The notes: generated from the sequence alone by a model not told the origin. Shown: positions 19,961 through 31,428, counted from the stretch's first letter. The stretch: 64,000 nucleotides of DNA from an uncultured bacterium (GCA_963749495.1 CAVVMW010000004.1:128001-192000); one strand, 5' to 3'. Numbers and translations: made by a program.

Positions 19961-20094
19961 CAGTTGCTGGAACTCCTCCACCGGGCCGCACACGTCCTCC
20001 TCCGCCCCAAGGCCGCCCAATTCCAGGCCCGCGCCCGGCAGGCCGGCTGGGAGCAATCCCTCTGGGAGGGCCTCTTTCGCGCCCTGGGTTACAA
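19961..20094 (+). pseudogene. Internal DUF2851 fragment (matches 10856-10989)
   Basis: QLLELLH.AA.V....KAAQFQARARQAGWEQSLWEGLFRALGY followed shortly by a stop. Confidence 0.9.
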
Positions 20095-20302
20095 CTGATT
20101 CTTTGAATTTGCGTTCATTAAGAGCCCAGCGACTCGTGACAATTCAACTTTTTGTTAATTAAATAACGGAAATAGAGATTTTCCGTCGTTTTGCCTATTA
20201 AAGCAGGCTTACGCTCTTGGGTGTTGTACATGACAATTTAAGTGCTGAAAAGTGGAATAAATCGTTGCTAAATGTCAAAAAGTGGACTATGCTGGTTTCG
20301 GA

Positions 20303-21932
20303 ATGTCTTTACCGGTCGAAAAATCGCCTTTCAGCCTGAACAACTTGCCGGAGATCTTTGTTTCCAGCAAAGCGATGAGTTCTGCCATATCCAAAGCCGT
20401 CAAAGCTGGGCGACTGCGCAAAATTGGGTCTCGTCTTTACACCAAGAACATGACGGAGGCTCCGGAGCGGATTGTCAGAAGAAACTGGCACGCCCTGCTC
20501 AAGGATTATTTTCCGGATGCGCTAGTTTCCGACCGGACGGCGCTGGAAAACCGTCCAGGTGCAGATGGCTCGGTTTTCATCATCTCTTCTGGAACACGAA
20601 TAGTGGTTTTGCCTGGCATCACGTTCAGGCCACGCAAGGGGCACCCACCTTTGGAGAGTGATCACCCCTTCTTGGGCGATATCCGGCTATGTTCCGCGCC
20701 ACGTGCCTGGTTGGAGAACATGCGAAGATCGCGCATACGCGGCGCGGAGGTTGCGCGGACATCATCGAAGGCGGAACTGGAGGAGCGCCTCGACCGCTTC
20801 CTGCGTCAAGGTGGTGAGGAGGCGCTGAACAGGTTGAGGGATGATGCGCGCGACATCAGCCAGCAACTCGGCATGGCGGAAGAATTCCGTTTGCTCGACG
20901 AACTAATCGGCACATTTCTCGGCACACGGGAAGCCAAGCTGGAAACTGCCGTGGGGCAGGCTCGGAAAAGAGGCTTGCCTTACGATCCGGACCGGCTGGA
21001 ATTGTTCAAGTCGCTTTTTGAGGAGTTGCGAGCCAGAGCCTCCGGTTACAAGACCGGCGGGAAACATGGTTGATTCAGCTAGCGAGGCTGGGCCTCAGAC
21101 CGTGGCTCGGGCATCCTGCCCAAGCCCCCACGGGCAGGATGCCCGTGCCACAAACTTGACCTGTCTGCATCACGTTTTTAAATTCAAGGACTCTAGAACG
21201 AATCTCGCCTTCTTTGAGGCGTATTTCTCCAACTATATTGAGGGCACCGAATTCCCCGTCGAAGAAGCCATAGACATCGTCTTCAGCGGGGTTATTCCTC
21301 GAGATCGTCCAGTTGATGCGCACGATATTCTGGGGACCCATCGGATTGTTTCCGATTCCAAGCAGATGGCACGCACGCCTCGCGATTTCGAGGACTTCAT
21401 CTCGGTTCTGAAGAGTCGCCATGCCGCATTCATGGGAATGCGGCATGACAAAATGCCGGGCCAGTTTAAGTCCAGAGACAACCGGGCGGGCAACACGTTC
21501 TTCGTTGCGCCCGACTTGGTAATGGGAACCTTGGAAAAGGGTTTTGAGGTTTACCGGGGGATCGAACCCCCTCTCCATCGGGCCATCTACATGATGTTTC
21601 TCGTTAGCGAAGTGCACCCCTTTGTGGACGGCAATGGTCGTGCCGCGCGGATCATGATGAATGCTGAACTGGTGGCGGAAGAGGAACAAAAGATCATCAT
21701 CCCTACCGTGTACCGGAACAATTATGTCAGTGCCCAAAAAGCACTTTCTCAATGCGGCAAAAGCACCCCCATAATCCAAGTGCTTGATTTTGCCCAGAGA
21801 TACACCGCCGCGATCCGGTGGGAAGATTTCGAGAGGGCCAGAGCGGATTTGCAGGCTACAAATGCATTCATGGACGCAAACGAAGCGGAAGACAAGGGGA
21901 TTCGGCTTATTCTGCCGAAGGACGCAGGCTGA
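20303..21932 (+). CDS. Fic family protein with long N-terminal region, frameshift about 21035 and an in-frame insertion
   Basis: Fic motif HPFVDGNGRAAR and FSNYIEGT motif. GC is lower than in the flanks. Confidence 0.9.
21079..21196. mobile_element. 114-bp insertion flanked by a CTAG duplication, containing a REP hairpin
   Basis: CTAG at 21079-82 and 21193-96. Internal palindrome gtggctcgggcatcctgccc...gggcaggatgcccgtgccac. Removing it gives a contiguous DSARTNLAFF. Confidence 0.75.
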
Positions 21933-22126
21933 TCGCGAATGCCTCAGGCATCCATGCCGACGCCGGGTTGAGGGCGTGGTCGCCGCCCGAGGCCAGGCCC
22001 CAATTGTGCAGCCAGGCAAAGCGGCCCAGTGAGTCGTGCGAGCGTTGTCACGTTGCACTCGTCCGTTAACTCCGGGCCGGCGGCCCCCAATTGTCACCGG
22101 CCTGCCCGGCCACCCGGCAACCTAAT

Positions 22127-25100
22127 TTAAGGAAGCCTGACGCGATAGAACTGGGCCGTGCCGGCCGGGGTCACCGTCATGGGGTTGGTCGTTCCCACGT
22201 CGGTCCAGACGGTCCCGCTGGCTTTCAGGACGGGCGTGGACTGGAGCGTTCCAGCGCCTTGCCAACTGATAGTGAGCTTGCCGCCGGCGGCGGGGGTGAT
22301 GGTGAGAGCGGGACGAGGCTGTTGGCCAATCCCCGCATAGAGGTTCTGCACCTGCTGCGGGCTTAACGTGTAGTTGAACATCGCCACTTCATCGATGATT
22401 CCGGCGAACACACGCGCGACACCTCCATCATCGCCGATGGTAGCGGTGCCGCCCCATGCCTCGACAGAGTGCGCGATCGCGTTTGTGGCAGTTTTCATGC
22501 CATTGGTGTTGGCGAGGTAGAGAATCGCCTGGGTCGGCGCGATGGTTACGGCCACAAAGGACCACTGGTTCTCAGGGATAACCAGGCCGGACACGTAACT
22601 ATAGGTCGAGTTGTTATTCCAGGTATAGCTCAACATGCCCTGATCATTGTAGCCAACGCCCTCGCCGTCGCCACTGCGGTTCATGAACAGGCCGGCCCAG
22701 GCGATCTGGGCTCCGTCAGGATAGACCCACATGGTGAACGTGGCCGTGTTGGCATTGAGCGCCGGCTGGGGCGCGGTCACCCAGGACTGGTCCGTGCCGG
22801 ACATGCACTGCAGGGCGGTATTGTTCGTCTCGAAGATGGCAAAACCATCAGAAGGACGCGGCCCGGCGATGCCGTTGAAGCCATTCTCGGCGGCGGCGAG
22901 GTAAGTGCCGTCAAAGCCGCCGACAAAATCGTAGGCGACCACGCCGCCGGCGGATGGGTCCGCGGTCTCGTTAAGGCGCCAGTAAGCAATGGGATTTGCC
23001 GACAAGACGGCCTTCTCGTAGGCCGCCGCGCCGCGCGCCTGGACGGTCAAGGTCGCCACGCTGCTGGTGACCGAGCCCAGGGAGTTGGTGACCACCAGCG
23101 TATAATTGCCCGCGTCGGCGGCTGTGATATTGCTCAGGGCCAGGGTATTGGTCTTGGCGCCGGAAACGTTGCCGCCATCCGCCAACGCCACGCTGCCCTT
23201 GAACCACTGATAGGAGAGCGGCGAGCTGCCTTGGACCATGCTCGTGAACGTCGCCGTCAACCCGGAATAGAGCGCCGAAGAGGCCGGCTGCACAAGGATA
23301 CCCAGCGGCGCAGCCATGGTCTTGCCCAGCGCGGCTCCATACAACGCGCTGATTTGGTCGGCGCTCAGGGCTTTGTCGAACATGGCCACTTCGTCAATCA
23401 CGCCGTCAAAGATCCTGGCGATGGTCCCATAGTCGCAGCCGATCTGTGCGTTCAGACCCCAGCCCGACTCAACGTCGTGCGCAACCACGTTGACGACATC
23501 GGTCAAAACACCACCGCTGCCCATATAGAGCGTGCCCCAGGTCGGTTCGATCACCAGCGCCACCATTGACCATTGGTTGGCCGGGGGCGTCAGACCCGAT
23601 AGAAAGGTAAGCGTGCCATCCAAATTCCAGTGGTAACCTAATTGTCCGCCCGTGTTGAAAGAAAGTCCGGGTGGAGTCCAGTCGCGGGCGACTAGAAAGA
23701 GCCCGGCGTAGTCGGGTTCCGTGTCAACGGCGGGGTTGATCCAGACAATAAAAGTCGCGGCGTTGCTGCTGAGCGAGGGCGTGGGCACGACCACCCAGGA
23801 CGGGTTGATGCCGTCACCGGTGGTCTGCGCGGCCGTGTTGTTGGCCTCGAAGCCCGGGAAGGCCGGGGAGGAGGGGCCGTGGATGGTACTGCCCCAGACG
23901 GTGGCGGATTCATAGTTGCCCATCATGTCGCCCATGAGATCCACCGCGTTGGTTTGGCTGGCGCTCTCGTTCAGGCGCCAATACACGGCCGGGCCGTTGG
24001 TATAGACGGCGTTGGCGTAGCTGCCTAGCGTGGGCGCCGCAAGCACCGTCAGTGTCGCCACCGCGCTGGTGGCACTTCCCGCAGGGTTGGAAGCCACCAC
24101 CCGGTAATCTCCGGCGTTGGTTGTGCTCAGACTGCTGAGGACCAAGACGGCGTTGGTCGCGCCGCTGACCGTAGCGCTATTGGCCAAGTCGGTGAATGCA
24201 CTGCTGCCGGCGGGTTGCACCTGCCATTGGAGAGTGGGCGCCGGCGCCCCGCTGACCCCGGCGGTGAAGTGGACCGTGCGCCCCGCATACACCGTCTTGG
24301 GGGCCGGGGGCTGGCTGATCGCGGGAGGGATGGCGTTGATGCCCAAGCCGGCGGCGAACAGCGCGGCGATTTCGCTGCTGGACAATGTGTGCATGAACAC
24401 CGCCACCTCGTCCATAGACCCGACGAAATTGCGGCTGCCGTCGGTGAAATCCTGACAGATGCGCCAGAGGCCCGTGCCGAGGCCCTGGCTGAGTTGGGCG
24501 GTGGCGTTGACGCTGGACAGGTAGTTGGTTTGGCCCGTCGTGGCATCGATGTAATCCAGGTACATGGTGGCCTTGGCCGGCTCGATGGCCACCGCCACGA
24601 AGGACCATTGGTTCTGGGGGACGACCAGGCCGGAGTCGAAGCTCCAAGTGGAGTTGCCGTTCCAGGTATAGGCCAGCATGCCCTTGTCATTGAATCCAAT
24701 GCCCCCCTCCTCCGGTCCGCCGCGCGACATCAGTATGCCAGTCCAACTGATTTGCGCTCCGGAGGGATAAAGCCACGCCGTGAACGTGACGGCGTTCGTG
24801 CCCACGTTGCCCACAGGCACGGCCACATACGAATTGACGTCGCTGGCAGTACCTGTAACCGCGAAGTTGTTGGCCTCAAAACCGGGAAAAGCCGGCGGCC
24901 GCGGGCCTTGAATGCTGGTGAAGCCGTTCTGGATGTCTGTGCCGTAGGTGCCATCGAGATGGTTCGTGGACGAGTTGACGGCGACTAGAGTGCCAGTGGA
25001 AGGGTCCGCGGTCTCATTGAGCCGCCAGTAACCCCACGGGTTGTCGGCCAATACCTTGGCCGCGTAGGAGGCCGGCGCCTGGGCCAGGACTGGCTGAACC

Positions 25101-25264
25101 CATGGAACTGCCAGCGCCAATGCGGCCAAGGCCGCGACGGCTGGCAGCCGGTTGAGCTTCATGCGTCGGCTCCGAGGCCAACGCCACATCTGAGTTAAAA
25201 CGTGATCTCGCATCTGGCTGTTGGTTTGCATATTTAGGTTAGTTTTGGTTAACGGTCCGGTCAT
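22127..25264 (-). CDS. Secreted protein with three LamG-like jellyroll domains and two Ig-like domains
   Basis: Signal peptide, three YWRLNE...F.G..DEVA.F repeats, and W/Y-V-V-N..GS.TS Ig motifs. Confidence 0.9.
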   Translation of the reverse strand: MTGPLTKTNLNMQTNSQMRDHVLTQMWRWPRSRRMKLNRLPAVAALAALALAVPWVQPVLAQAPASYAAKVLADNPWGYWRLNETADPSTGTLVAVNSSTNHLDGTYGTDIQNGFTSIQGPRPPAFPGFEANNFAVTGTASDVNSYVAVPVGNVGTNAVTFTAWLYPSGAQISWTGILMSRGGPEEGGIGFNDKGMLAYTWNGNSTWSFDSGLVVPQNQWSFVAVAIEPAKATMYLDYIDATTGQTNYLSSVNATAQLSQGLGTGLWRICQDFTDGSRNFVGSMDEVAVFMHTLSSSEIAALFAAGLGINAIPPAISQPPAPKTVYAGRTVHFTAGVSGAPAPTLQWQVQPAGSSAFTDLANSATVSGATNAVLVLSSLSTTNAGDYRVVASNPAGSATSAVATLTVLAAPTLGSYANAVYTNGPAVYWRLNESASQTNAVDLMGDMMGNYESATVWGSTIHGPSSPAFPGFEANNTAAQTTGDGINPSWVVVPTPSLSSNAATFIVWINPAVDTEPDYAGLFLVARDWTPPGLSFNTGGQLGYHWNLDGTLTFLSGLTPPANQWSMVALVIEPTWGTLYMGSGGVLTDVVNVVAHDVESGWGLNAQIGCDYGTIARIFDGVIDEVAMFDKALSADQISALYGAALGKTMAAPLGILVQPASSALYSGLTATFTSMVQGSSPLSYQWFKGSVALADGGNVSGAKTNTLALSNITAADAGNYTLVVTNSLGSVTSSVATLTVQARGAAAYEKAVLSANPIAYWRLNETADPSAGGVVAYDFVGGFDGTYLAAAENGFNGIAGPRPSDGFAIFETNNTALQCMSGTDQSWVTAPQPALNANTATFTMWVYPDGAQIAWAGLFMNRSGDGEGVGYNDQGMLSYTWNNNSTYSYVSGLVIPENQWSFVAVTIAPTQAILYLANTNGMKTATNAIAHSVEAWGGTATIGDDGGVARVFAGIIDEVAMFNYTLSPQQVQNLYAGIGQQPRPALTITPAAGGKLTISWQGAGTLQSTPVLKASGTVWTDVGTTNPMTVTPAGTAQFYRVRLP

Positions 25265-25512
25265 TCATACTTTTCTGCCTGTCTGCTCCAGGTTCACCCG
25301 CATCTGAGCCGAACGCCCGCCCATAACGGCAACGGCCCGCATTTGGGTTTAATCCGAGCCGCTATACCAACCGGTACGGAGAGATGTCAAGACTCTTCTT
25401 TGTCTTGTTTGCCGCTCATCATTTTTCTGCCCCCATTTTTCTGCCTTCGCTTTTCTGCCGGTCCGTCGAGAACTGGCTCACCAATCCATCAATCCACCAA
25501 TCCATCGATCCC

Positions 25513-26226
25513 TCAACCCACTAATCCTGCCGGTGGGGGCGGGCGGTATTCCTCGCGCAGGAGTGCATAGCACGCCAGGTTCACCCACTGGCCGTCGAAG
25601 AGCTTGCTCTTGACGAACTCGCCCTCGCGCCGCAGGCCCGCCTTTTCACAGAGTTTGCAGGCGGCAGTGTTCAGGGCCAGAGGCCAGGCGGTGACGCGGT
25701 GCAGCTTGACGCCTTCAAAGCAAAAGCCCAGCACCGCCTCCACGGCCTCCAGGGCGAAGCCCTTTGCCTGGAAGGCCCGGTTCAGGACCACCTGGAGGGA
25801 GGCCTGGAGGGGCTCGTTGACGCTCAGGCTGACATGGCCGATGAGCTTGGCGGTCTGCTGCACCTGGATGCCGAGGCAAAAGGCCTGGTCGGGTGTGGTC
25901 CATTTGACTTGGCTTTCGCGCTCCAGCCAGCGCAACACGTCGTCCTCCTCCAGCGGCCTGCCGTCCATCCACCGGTAGATCTCCTCATCGGAGAGACACT
26001 CCAGCAAGTCCTGCCAGTCGCCCGCCGCGAAGCGCCTCAGGACCAGCCTCGAGGTCGTGAGGGGCAGGGGGAGCTTTCGTCCCTCGCCGCTGCCGTCCTC
26101 CGGCACGATCACACTCTGGGTGCAGCCGGGGCAGGCCTGCGCGTGGCCTGCCGTGTCGCCAGGAAACGAAATCGTTTCTCCACAATAGGGGCACTTGAAA
26201 TCTATGAAACTCTCTTCCGTAATCAT
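25513..26226 (-). CDS. RimJ/RimL-like GNAT acetyltransferase with N-terminal zinc ribbon
   Basis: CPYC...CPGC, then TSRLVLRRF, KGFALEA, N.A..KL.EK.G.RREG. Confidence 0.85.
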   Translation of the reverse strand: MITEESFIDFKCPYCGETISFPGDTAGHAQACPGCTQSVIVPEDGSGEGRKLPLPLTTSRLVLRRFAAGDWQDLLECLSDEEIYRWMDGRPLEEDDVLRWLERESQVKWTTPDQAFCLGIQVQQTAKLIGHVSLSVNEPLQASLQVVLNRAFQAKGFALEAVEAVLGFCFEGVKLHRVTAWPLALNTAACKLCEKAGLRREGEFVKSKLFDGQWVNLACYALLREEYRPPPPAGLVG

Positions 26227-26429
26227 AAATCATCGTTGCTCGCGCGCGCCAATCTAGCGGGGTGCCCGCCAAATAGCCATGGATTTTTGTGCTTGAAGTC
26301 AGGCATTGCCCTGGTACAATCCGGCCCTGTGTTCGCCGTGCATGTACAATTAGAAGCCGGTTGGCGTGTGGCGCGCTGCCGGTGCCGGGGATTGTCCTTT
26401 GAGCCGCGTGCGAGGGCGGCAGCCTGACT

Positions 26430-27713
26430 ATGATTGCTCCCGGACCCCTAGAGCTCGATGCCAGGCAGGACCCCCCGGCGGCGGCCCCGGTCCACAAAGG
26501 GACGCTCCTGGTGGTGGACGACGAAGAAGGGCCGCGCCAATCGCTGCACGTGATTTTCAAGGACGAGTACCAGGTGTGGATGGCCCCGGACGGCGCCACG
26601 GCGGTCGAGTTGGCCCAGCGCCACCGGATCGACGTGGCGGTCCTGGACATCCGCATGGCCGGCATGTCGGGCATCGAGGTGCTCGAGCGCCTTAAATACG
26701 TCGATCCCGGCATCGAGGTGGTGATGATGACCGCCTTCGAGACGGCCGAGACCCTGCGGCAGGCCCTGCGGCTGCGCGCCTGCGATTACATCAACAAGCC
26801 CTTCGACATCTCCACCATGCGCGCCGCCGTGGCCCGCGCCATGCAGCGGCGCTCGCTGGAGAGCGAAATCCACAGCAACGCGCAAAAACTGCAGCAGCTC
26901 CTGGCCGAGCTGCAGGACCACAAGATCGACGAGGAGATCTCACAAGCCCGCGGCGAGATTTACGCCAGCATCATCCATGACATTAACGGCCCGCTGACGA
27001 TCATCTCCGGGTTCATCCAGCTCATCAGCCAGCGCATCGGCGACTCGACCCGGCTGGAGGTCGAGGACCTGCGGTTCATCCGGGAGCGCCTCAAGGTGAT
27101 CACCCGCCAGGTCACCAACTGCATCGAGATCTCAAGGCGCTACCTGAGCTTCCTGCGGCGGCAGGCGGAGGAGAGCCCGCGCGTCGGGGTCAACCAACTC
27201 CTCTGCGACCTGGCCCAACTGCTGCGCCTCCACCCGAGCCTTCTGGCCAACGAACTGGCCGTGCACCCGCTCCCCGAGGACGCGGGCGTGCAAGTCCATA
27301 GCACCGATTTCGTCCAGGTCCTGCTCAACCTGGCGGTCAATGGCTTGCAGTGCGCGCCCCAGCAGCACCTGGTCGAGATCCAGGGCAAGATCCTCTCCCA
27401 ACCCCTGGACCTGGCCGCCCAAAAGGATGGCCCCCAGGATTGCTTCCTCAACGCCGAGCACTTCAACAACTCGCCCCCGCTCCTGGCCTTGTCCGTCCGC
27501 GATACCGGACCGGGCATCGCCCCGGAGATCCTCGGCAGGATTTTCCAGCCTTTCTTCACTACCAAAGGCCCGCAGCGGGGCACCGGGCTGGGGCTGAACA
27601 TCGTCCTGCGGCTCATCAAGGCCGCCAAGGGCGCCCTGCACGTCCACACCCAGGCCGGCGTCGGCACGACCTTCACCGTCTTCCTCCACACGGTGCCCCC
27701 GCCGGGGAAATAG
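26430..27713 (+). CDS. Hybrid receiver-domain / histidine kinase
   Basis: LVVDDE, DIRM and KPF receiver motifs, H-box HDINGPL, and N, G1, F, G2 boxes. Confidence 0.9.
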   Translation: MIAPGPLELDARQDPPAAAPVHKGTLLVVDDEEGPRQSLHVIFKDEYQVWMAPDGATAVELAQRHRIDVAVLDIRMAGMSGIEVLERLKYVDPGIEVVMMTAFETAETLRQALRLRACDYINKPFDISTMRAAVARAMQRRSLESEIHSNAQKLQQLLAELQDHKIDEEISQARGEIYASIIHDINGPLTIISGFIQLISQRIGDSTRLEVEDLRFIRERLKVITRQVTNCIEISRRYLSFLRRQAEESPRVGVNQLLCDLAQLLRLHPSLLANELAVHPLPEDAGVQVHSTDFVQVLLNLAVNGLQCAPQQHLVEIQGKILSQPLDLAAQKDGPQDCFLNAEHFNNSPPLLALSVRDTGPGIAPEILGRIFQPFFTTKGPQRGTGLGLNIVLRLIKAAKGALHVHTQAGVGTTFTVFLHTVPPPGK

Positions 27714-27798
27714 CTCTGCCAGGGAACACTTGTTCGGCCTGGGAGATGGTGATAGTCTGGCTGTATGACGAGCTCACGGATCTTCTAACTGAACTGTT

Positions 27799-28892
27799 AT
27801 GCCTGCGGAACACCTGGGCGACATCCAGGGTGAATCTGATTCCGACCTTGCCGCCGCATTGCGCGATTGTCTCCGGTTCGGCGCCCTCGTCATCGATGTC
27901 GGCCAGGGCACCGCCACGCTCGCCGGCCAGGCCGCCCGAATCCTTGGGCTGGAGCCTGTTGCGGGACCTTGCTATCCTTTGGCTGCCCTGCCCGCGTCCA
28001 TCCGGCAGGTCCTCGGCGAAATCGGCTCGGCCAGATCGCCGCCCGCTCGGCGGCAAATCGAGATGGAGAGGCTGGGGGCGGGCGCCGTCAAGGTCCGCTT
28101 GGAGGTGCTCCAGTTCGAGCCCGGCGCGCCCAGCGGCCCGGTCGTGGTCCTGATCAATGAGGCCGGGCCGGCCGCAGAACTGGAGCGCAAGCTCTGCCAG
28201 TTCGAGCGCCTGGCCAACCTGGGCACTCTCTCAGCCAGCGTGGCCCATGAAATCAGGAATGCCCTGGTTGCCGTGCGGACCTTCACCGACCTGCTCATCG
28301 AGAAAGACCCGGAGACCGAGATGGCACTGCTGGTCCGGCGCGAGATCCAGCGGATCGACTCGATCGTGGGGCGCATGCTGAGGTTCTCGGCCCGGCCCGC
28401 CCGGTTGCCGCCACGGTGAGCCTGCACGAGGCGCTGGAACACTGCCTGCGCCTGATCCAACCGCAACTGGAGGCCAAGTCCATCGGGGTCGTTCGCCGGT
28501 TCGAGGCGAGCGCCGACCGGGTGCAGGGGGACGACAACCAATTGCAGCAGGCCTTCCTGAACCTGTTCCTCAATGCCATGGACGCCATGTCGCCCGGTGG
28601 CACCCTCACGGTCAGCACCCGCTCGCTGGCGCCCGCCGCGGCCCCTGGCCTCACCCTGCACGATCAGGGCTCGCCACGCATCGGCATCACCGTCCAGGAC
28701 ACCGGCATGGGCATCGCTCCGGAAGACCTTGCCCGCATATTCGAACCCTTTTTCACCAGCAAGCCAAACGGCACCGGCCTGGGCCTCTCCATCACCCGGC
28801 GGATCATCCACGCCCATCATGGCGAGATCTCCGTCCAGAGCCAGCCCGGCCAGGGCACGGTCGTGAGCCTCACCCTCCCTGCGGCGGCCTGA
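27799..28892 (+). CDS. Sensor histidine kinase, frameshift about 28410
   Basis: H-box AHEIRNAL in the first ORF. NLFLNA, DTGMGI, FEPFFTSK and GTGLGL in the second. Confidence 0.85.
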
Positions 28893-29005
28893 TGCGCAAT
28901 GACGAATGGACCCAGTGCGGAGTGCGGAGTGCGGAGTGCGGAGTGTTGCGGTGGGAATGTTGGGTCTGGATTGCGGCGCGGGGAATGACGAATGCCCAAT
29001 GACGA

Positions 29006-29539
29006 ATGAACCTGGAACTCTTCGAGCGGATGCAGGCTGAAGACCTGCGCGGCTACATTGCCTTCTTCCTGAAGCACTACCGCCAGGTGGATGCCTTCTG
29101 GTTCCTCCATGTGGCGGAAAAGTATGGGCAGGAAGCGGCGGAGAAGCTCAACGAACAGGTCTGGGGGCGGGTGGGCGGGCTTGCGGCCAAAGACATCGTG
29201 GCCCGATTCGGCATCCAGGAGAAGGGATTGCGCGGTTTCCTGCGGGCTTTGCGATATTTTCCCTGGACTGCCATAGTGGGCTACCGGATCGAAGAGCGGC
29301 CCGATGAGGTCATCCTCTCGGTCCCCGTATGCCCGGTCCAGGAGGCCCGGCTCAAGCACGGCCTGGCCGAATATGCCTGCCGCGCCATGCACGAGGCGGA
29401 GTTTGCCAGCTTCGCGCGGGTCATCGATGAGGGCATCCGCGTCGAGTGCCGCTTCGCCCCGCCTGGCCCGCACCCGCCCGACATGCATTGCCAGTGGCGG
29501 TTCTCTACCCGAGAGCCTGTCACAAAAGCTCCGATTTAA
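29006..29539 (+). CDS. DUF6125-like (V4R/ATC-hydrolase-like) protein
   Basis: DAFWF, CPVQEAR, C...H...F..FA..ID, C.FAPP...CQW.F. Confidence 0.75.
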   Translation: MNLELFERMQAEDLRGYIAFFLKHYRQVDAFWFLHVAEKYGQEAAEKLNEQVWGRVGGLAAKDIVARFGIQEKGLRGFLRALRYFPWTAIVGYRIEERPDEVILSVPVCPVQEARLKHGLAEYACRAMHEAEFASFARVIDEGIRVECRFAPPGPHPPDMHCQWRFSTREPVTKAPI

Positions 29540-29540
29540 G

Positions 29541-29658
29541 GCCTTTGCCGCAACCTTTGTCGTCAACTTTGTCGCAGCCTTTGTCGCGACCTTTGTCGCA
29601 ACCTTGTCGAATCGGCGGTTTTTCGACAAAGGTTCCGACAAAGGTTGCGACAAAGGTC
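29541..29658. repeat. 12-mer tandem/inverted repeat element (ctttgtcgcaac / cgacaaaggtt)
   Basis: Tandem units followed by their reverse complement. Copies at 41394-41490 and 42652-42743. Confidence 0.9.
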
Positions 29659-29684
29659 TGGCACCGGAGTTTCAGGGAGAGGCA

Positions 29685-31303
29685 CTACCCAATCCTCAGC
29701 CACACCGTCTTGAGATAGGCCGGCTCGGAACGGCAGACCGGGAAGTCCGGGGCCTGGGGGACATAGTGGCGGAGGAGGATCGGCCTGCGGGCAGCCTGGA
29801 TGGGCTGGATAACGGCAGCGAGGAATTGTTCCGGGGCCCAATCGGCGGCATTGGTCGAGGCAAAAAGCACACCGCCTGGGCGCAACAGTGGCAGGGCCGT
29901 GTTGACAAGCCGGCCATAGTCCTTCTGGGCTTTGAACACTCCGGATTCTTTGGATCGGGAGAAGGTGGGCGGGTCGAGCAGGATGAGGTCGAAGCGCCGC
30001 CCTTTTCGCTCGAGCCGGCGCAGCCAATCAAAGGCATCGCCGCAGAGGAATTCATGGCGGTGCGGGTCGAGTTGGTTGAGTGTGAAGTTGCGCCGGCCCC
30101 AGGCGAGGCATTTCCTGGAGAGATCGAGGCTGGTCGTGCGCGACCCTGTCTTTGCGGCGCAGAGGGCGAACCCGCAGGTATAGGCGAAGGTATTCAGGAC
30201 GGCGCCGCCAACCGGTTCCTGGAGGGAGAACCCCGGGGCAATATATCCGGTGAGGAGCCGGCGCCGGTTGTCGCGCTGGTCCAGGAACAGGCCCACGGAA
30301 TAGCCTTCGCGGAAGCTGATCTCGAACTGCAGCCCGTTTTCACGGACGGCAAATCGCTCCGGGGGCGGCTCTCCCAAGATCGGCTCGGGCGATGCCAGGG
30401 CCGGGACAGCGCGGCGCGCGTGCCGCGTCAGGACCTTGTGAGAGGCCCCGCGCGCGGAGAGCAACTTCATCAGCCGGGCCAATTCCGCCAGTTGGGTCGA
30501 GGTCGGCGCCCGTTGGCCCTGGGACAACAGGTAGTCGCCATACCGCTCGACGTACCACTCCGGCCGGCCATCGGCCGCGCCGTGGATGACCCGCCAGGCG
30601 TTGGTCGCCTCGGGATCGATCAGCGCCAGGCGTGGAGCCAGCCGCGCCTGAGCGGCCGTTTCCCACGCGGGCGGGGCGCGAAAGGTAATCTGTTGCCCGG
30701 TGCTCGGATGATCCAGTGCCATCTGCGCGGCGTGCAGATAGACCCGCGGCGCCGGAGTGCCCCCGTAGAGCACATCACCCAGGACCGGGAACCCGTGCTT
30801 GGCCGCGTGCGCGCGAATCTGGTGGGTGCGGCCGGTCAGCGGCTCTGCCTCGACCAGGTGGCAGGCGCCCAGGCCGGCGCAGGCCCCGCGCCGGGAGCGG
30901 CCCCCCCGGCCCGCCGGAACCGGGTCTGCGCAACCGCCGCCCCCGCGACGACCGGCCGGCTCACGTATCGCTCACCCGCCCGCGCGAGCGCGCTGGTGAC
31001 CGTAGTCTCCTTTTCGGGAGGCGCCCGGTCGGTCAGGAAGAGGTATTTCTTACGGACCGTGCGGCGGGTGAATTGCTCGGTCAGGGAGCGATTGGCCAGA
31101 GAGGTCTTCGAGAAGACGACCAGGCCGGAGGTCTCTTTGTCGAGCCGGTGGATAATCGCCAGCGAGGCCCAGCGCGGCTCGCGGTTGCGCAGCCACTCGT
31201 AGAGCCCCTCGCCCGCGTAGGGGCTGGGCGCGTGGGTGTTCAGGCCGGCAGGCTTGTTGACCACCAGCAGGTCGTCATCCTCATGGACCAGGCACGGCAA
31301 CAC
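29685..31303 (-). CDS. RluA-family pseudouridine synthase fused to RlmI/RlmK-like methyltransferase, frameshift about 30885
   Basis: NKPAG, HRLDKETSG and TGRTHQIR, followed by GLFLDQRDNR, VLNTFAYT and DPPTF. Confidence 0.85.
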
Positions 31304-31428
31304 GGCAACTGACTCAAGTCATTTAGTCCAAGGTTCAATAGTGTCCAGTGTCGAGTGTCGAGTGTCGAGTGCCGCGCATTCGTCATTCGTCATTCGTCAT
31401 TCGTCATTGCCCACTCCGCACTCGGCAC

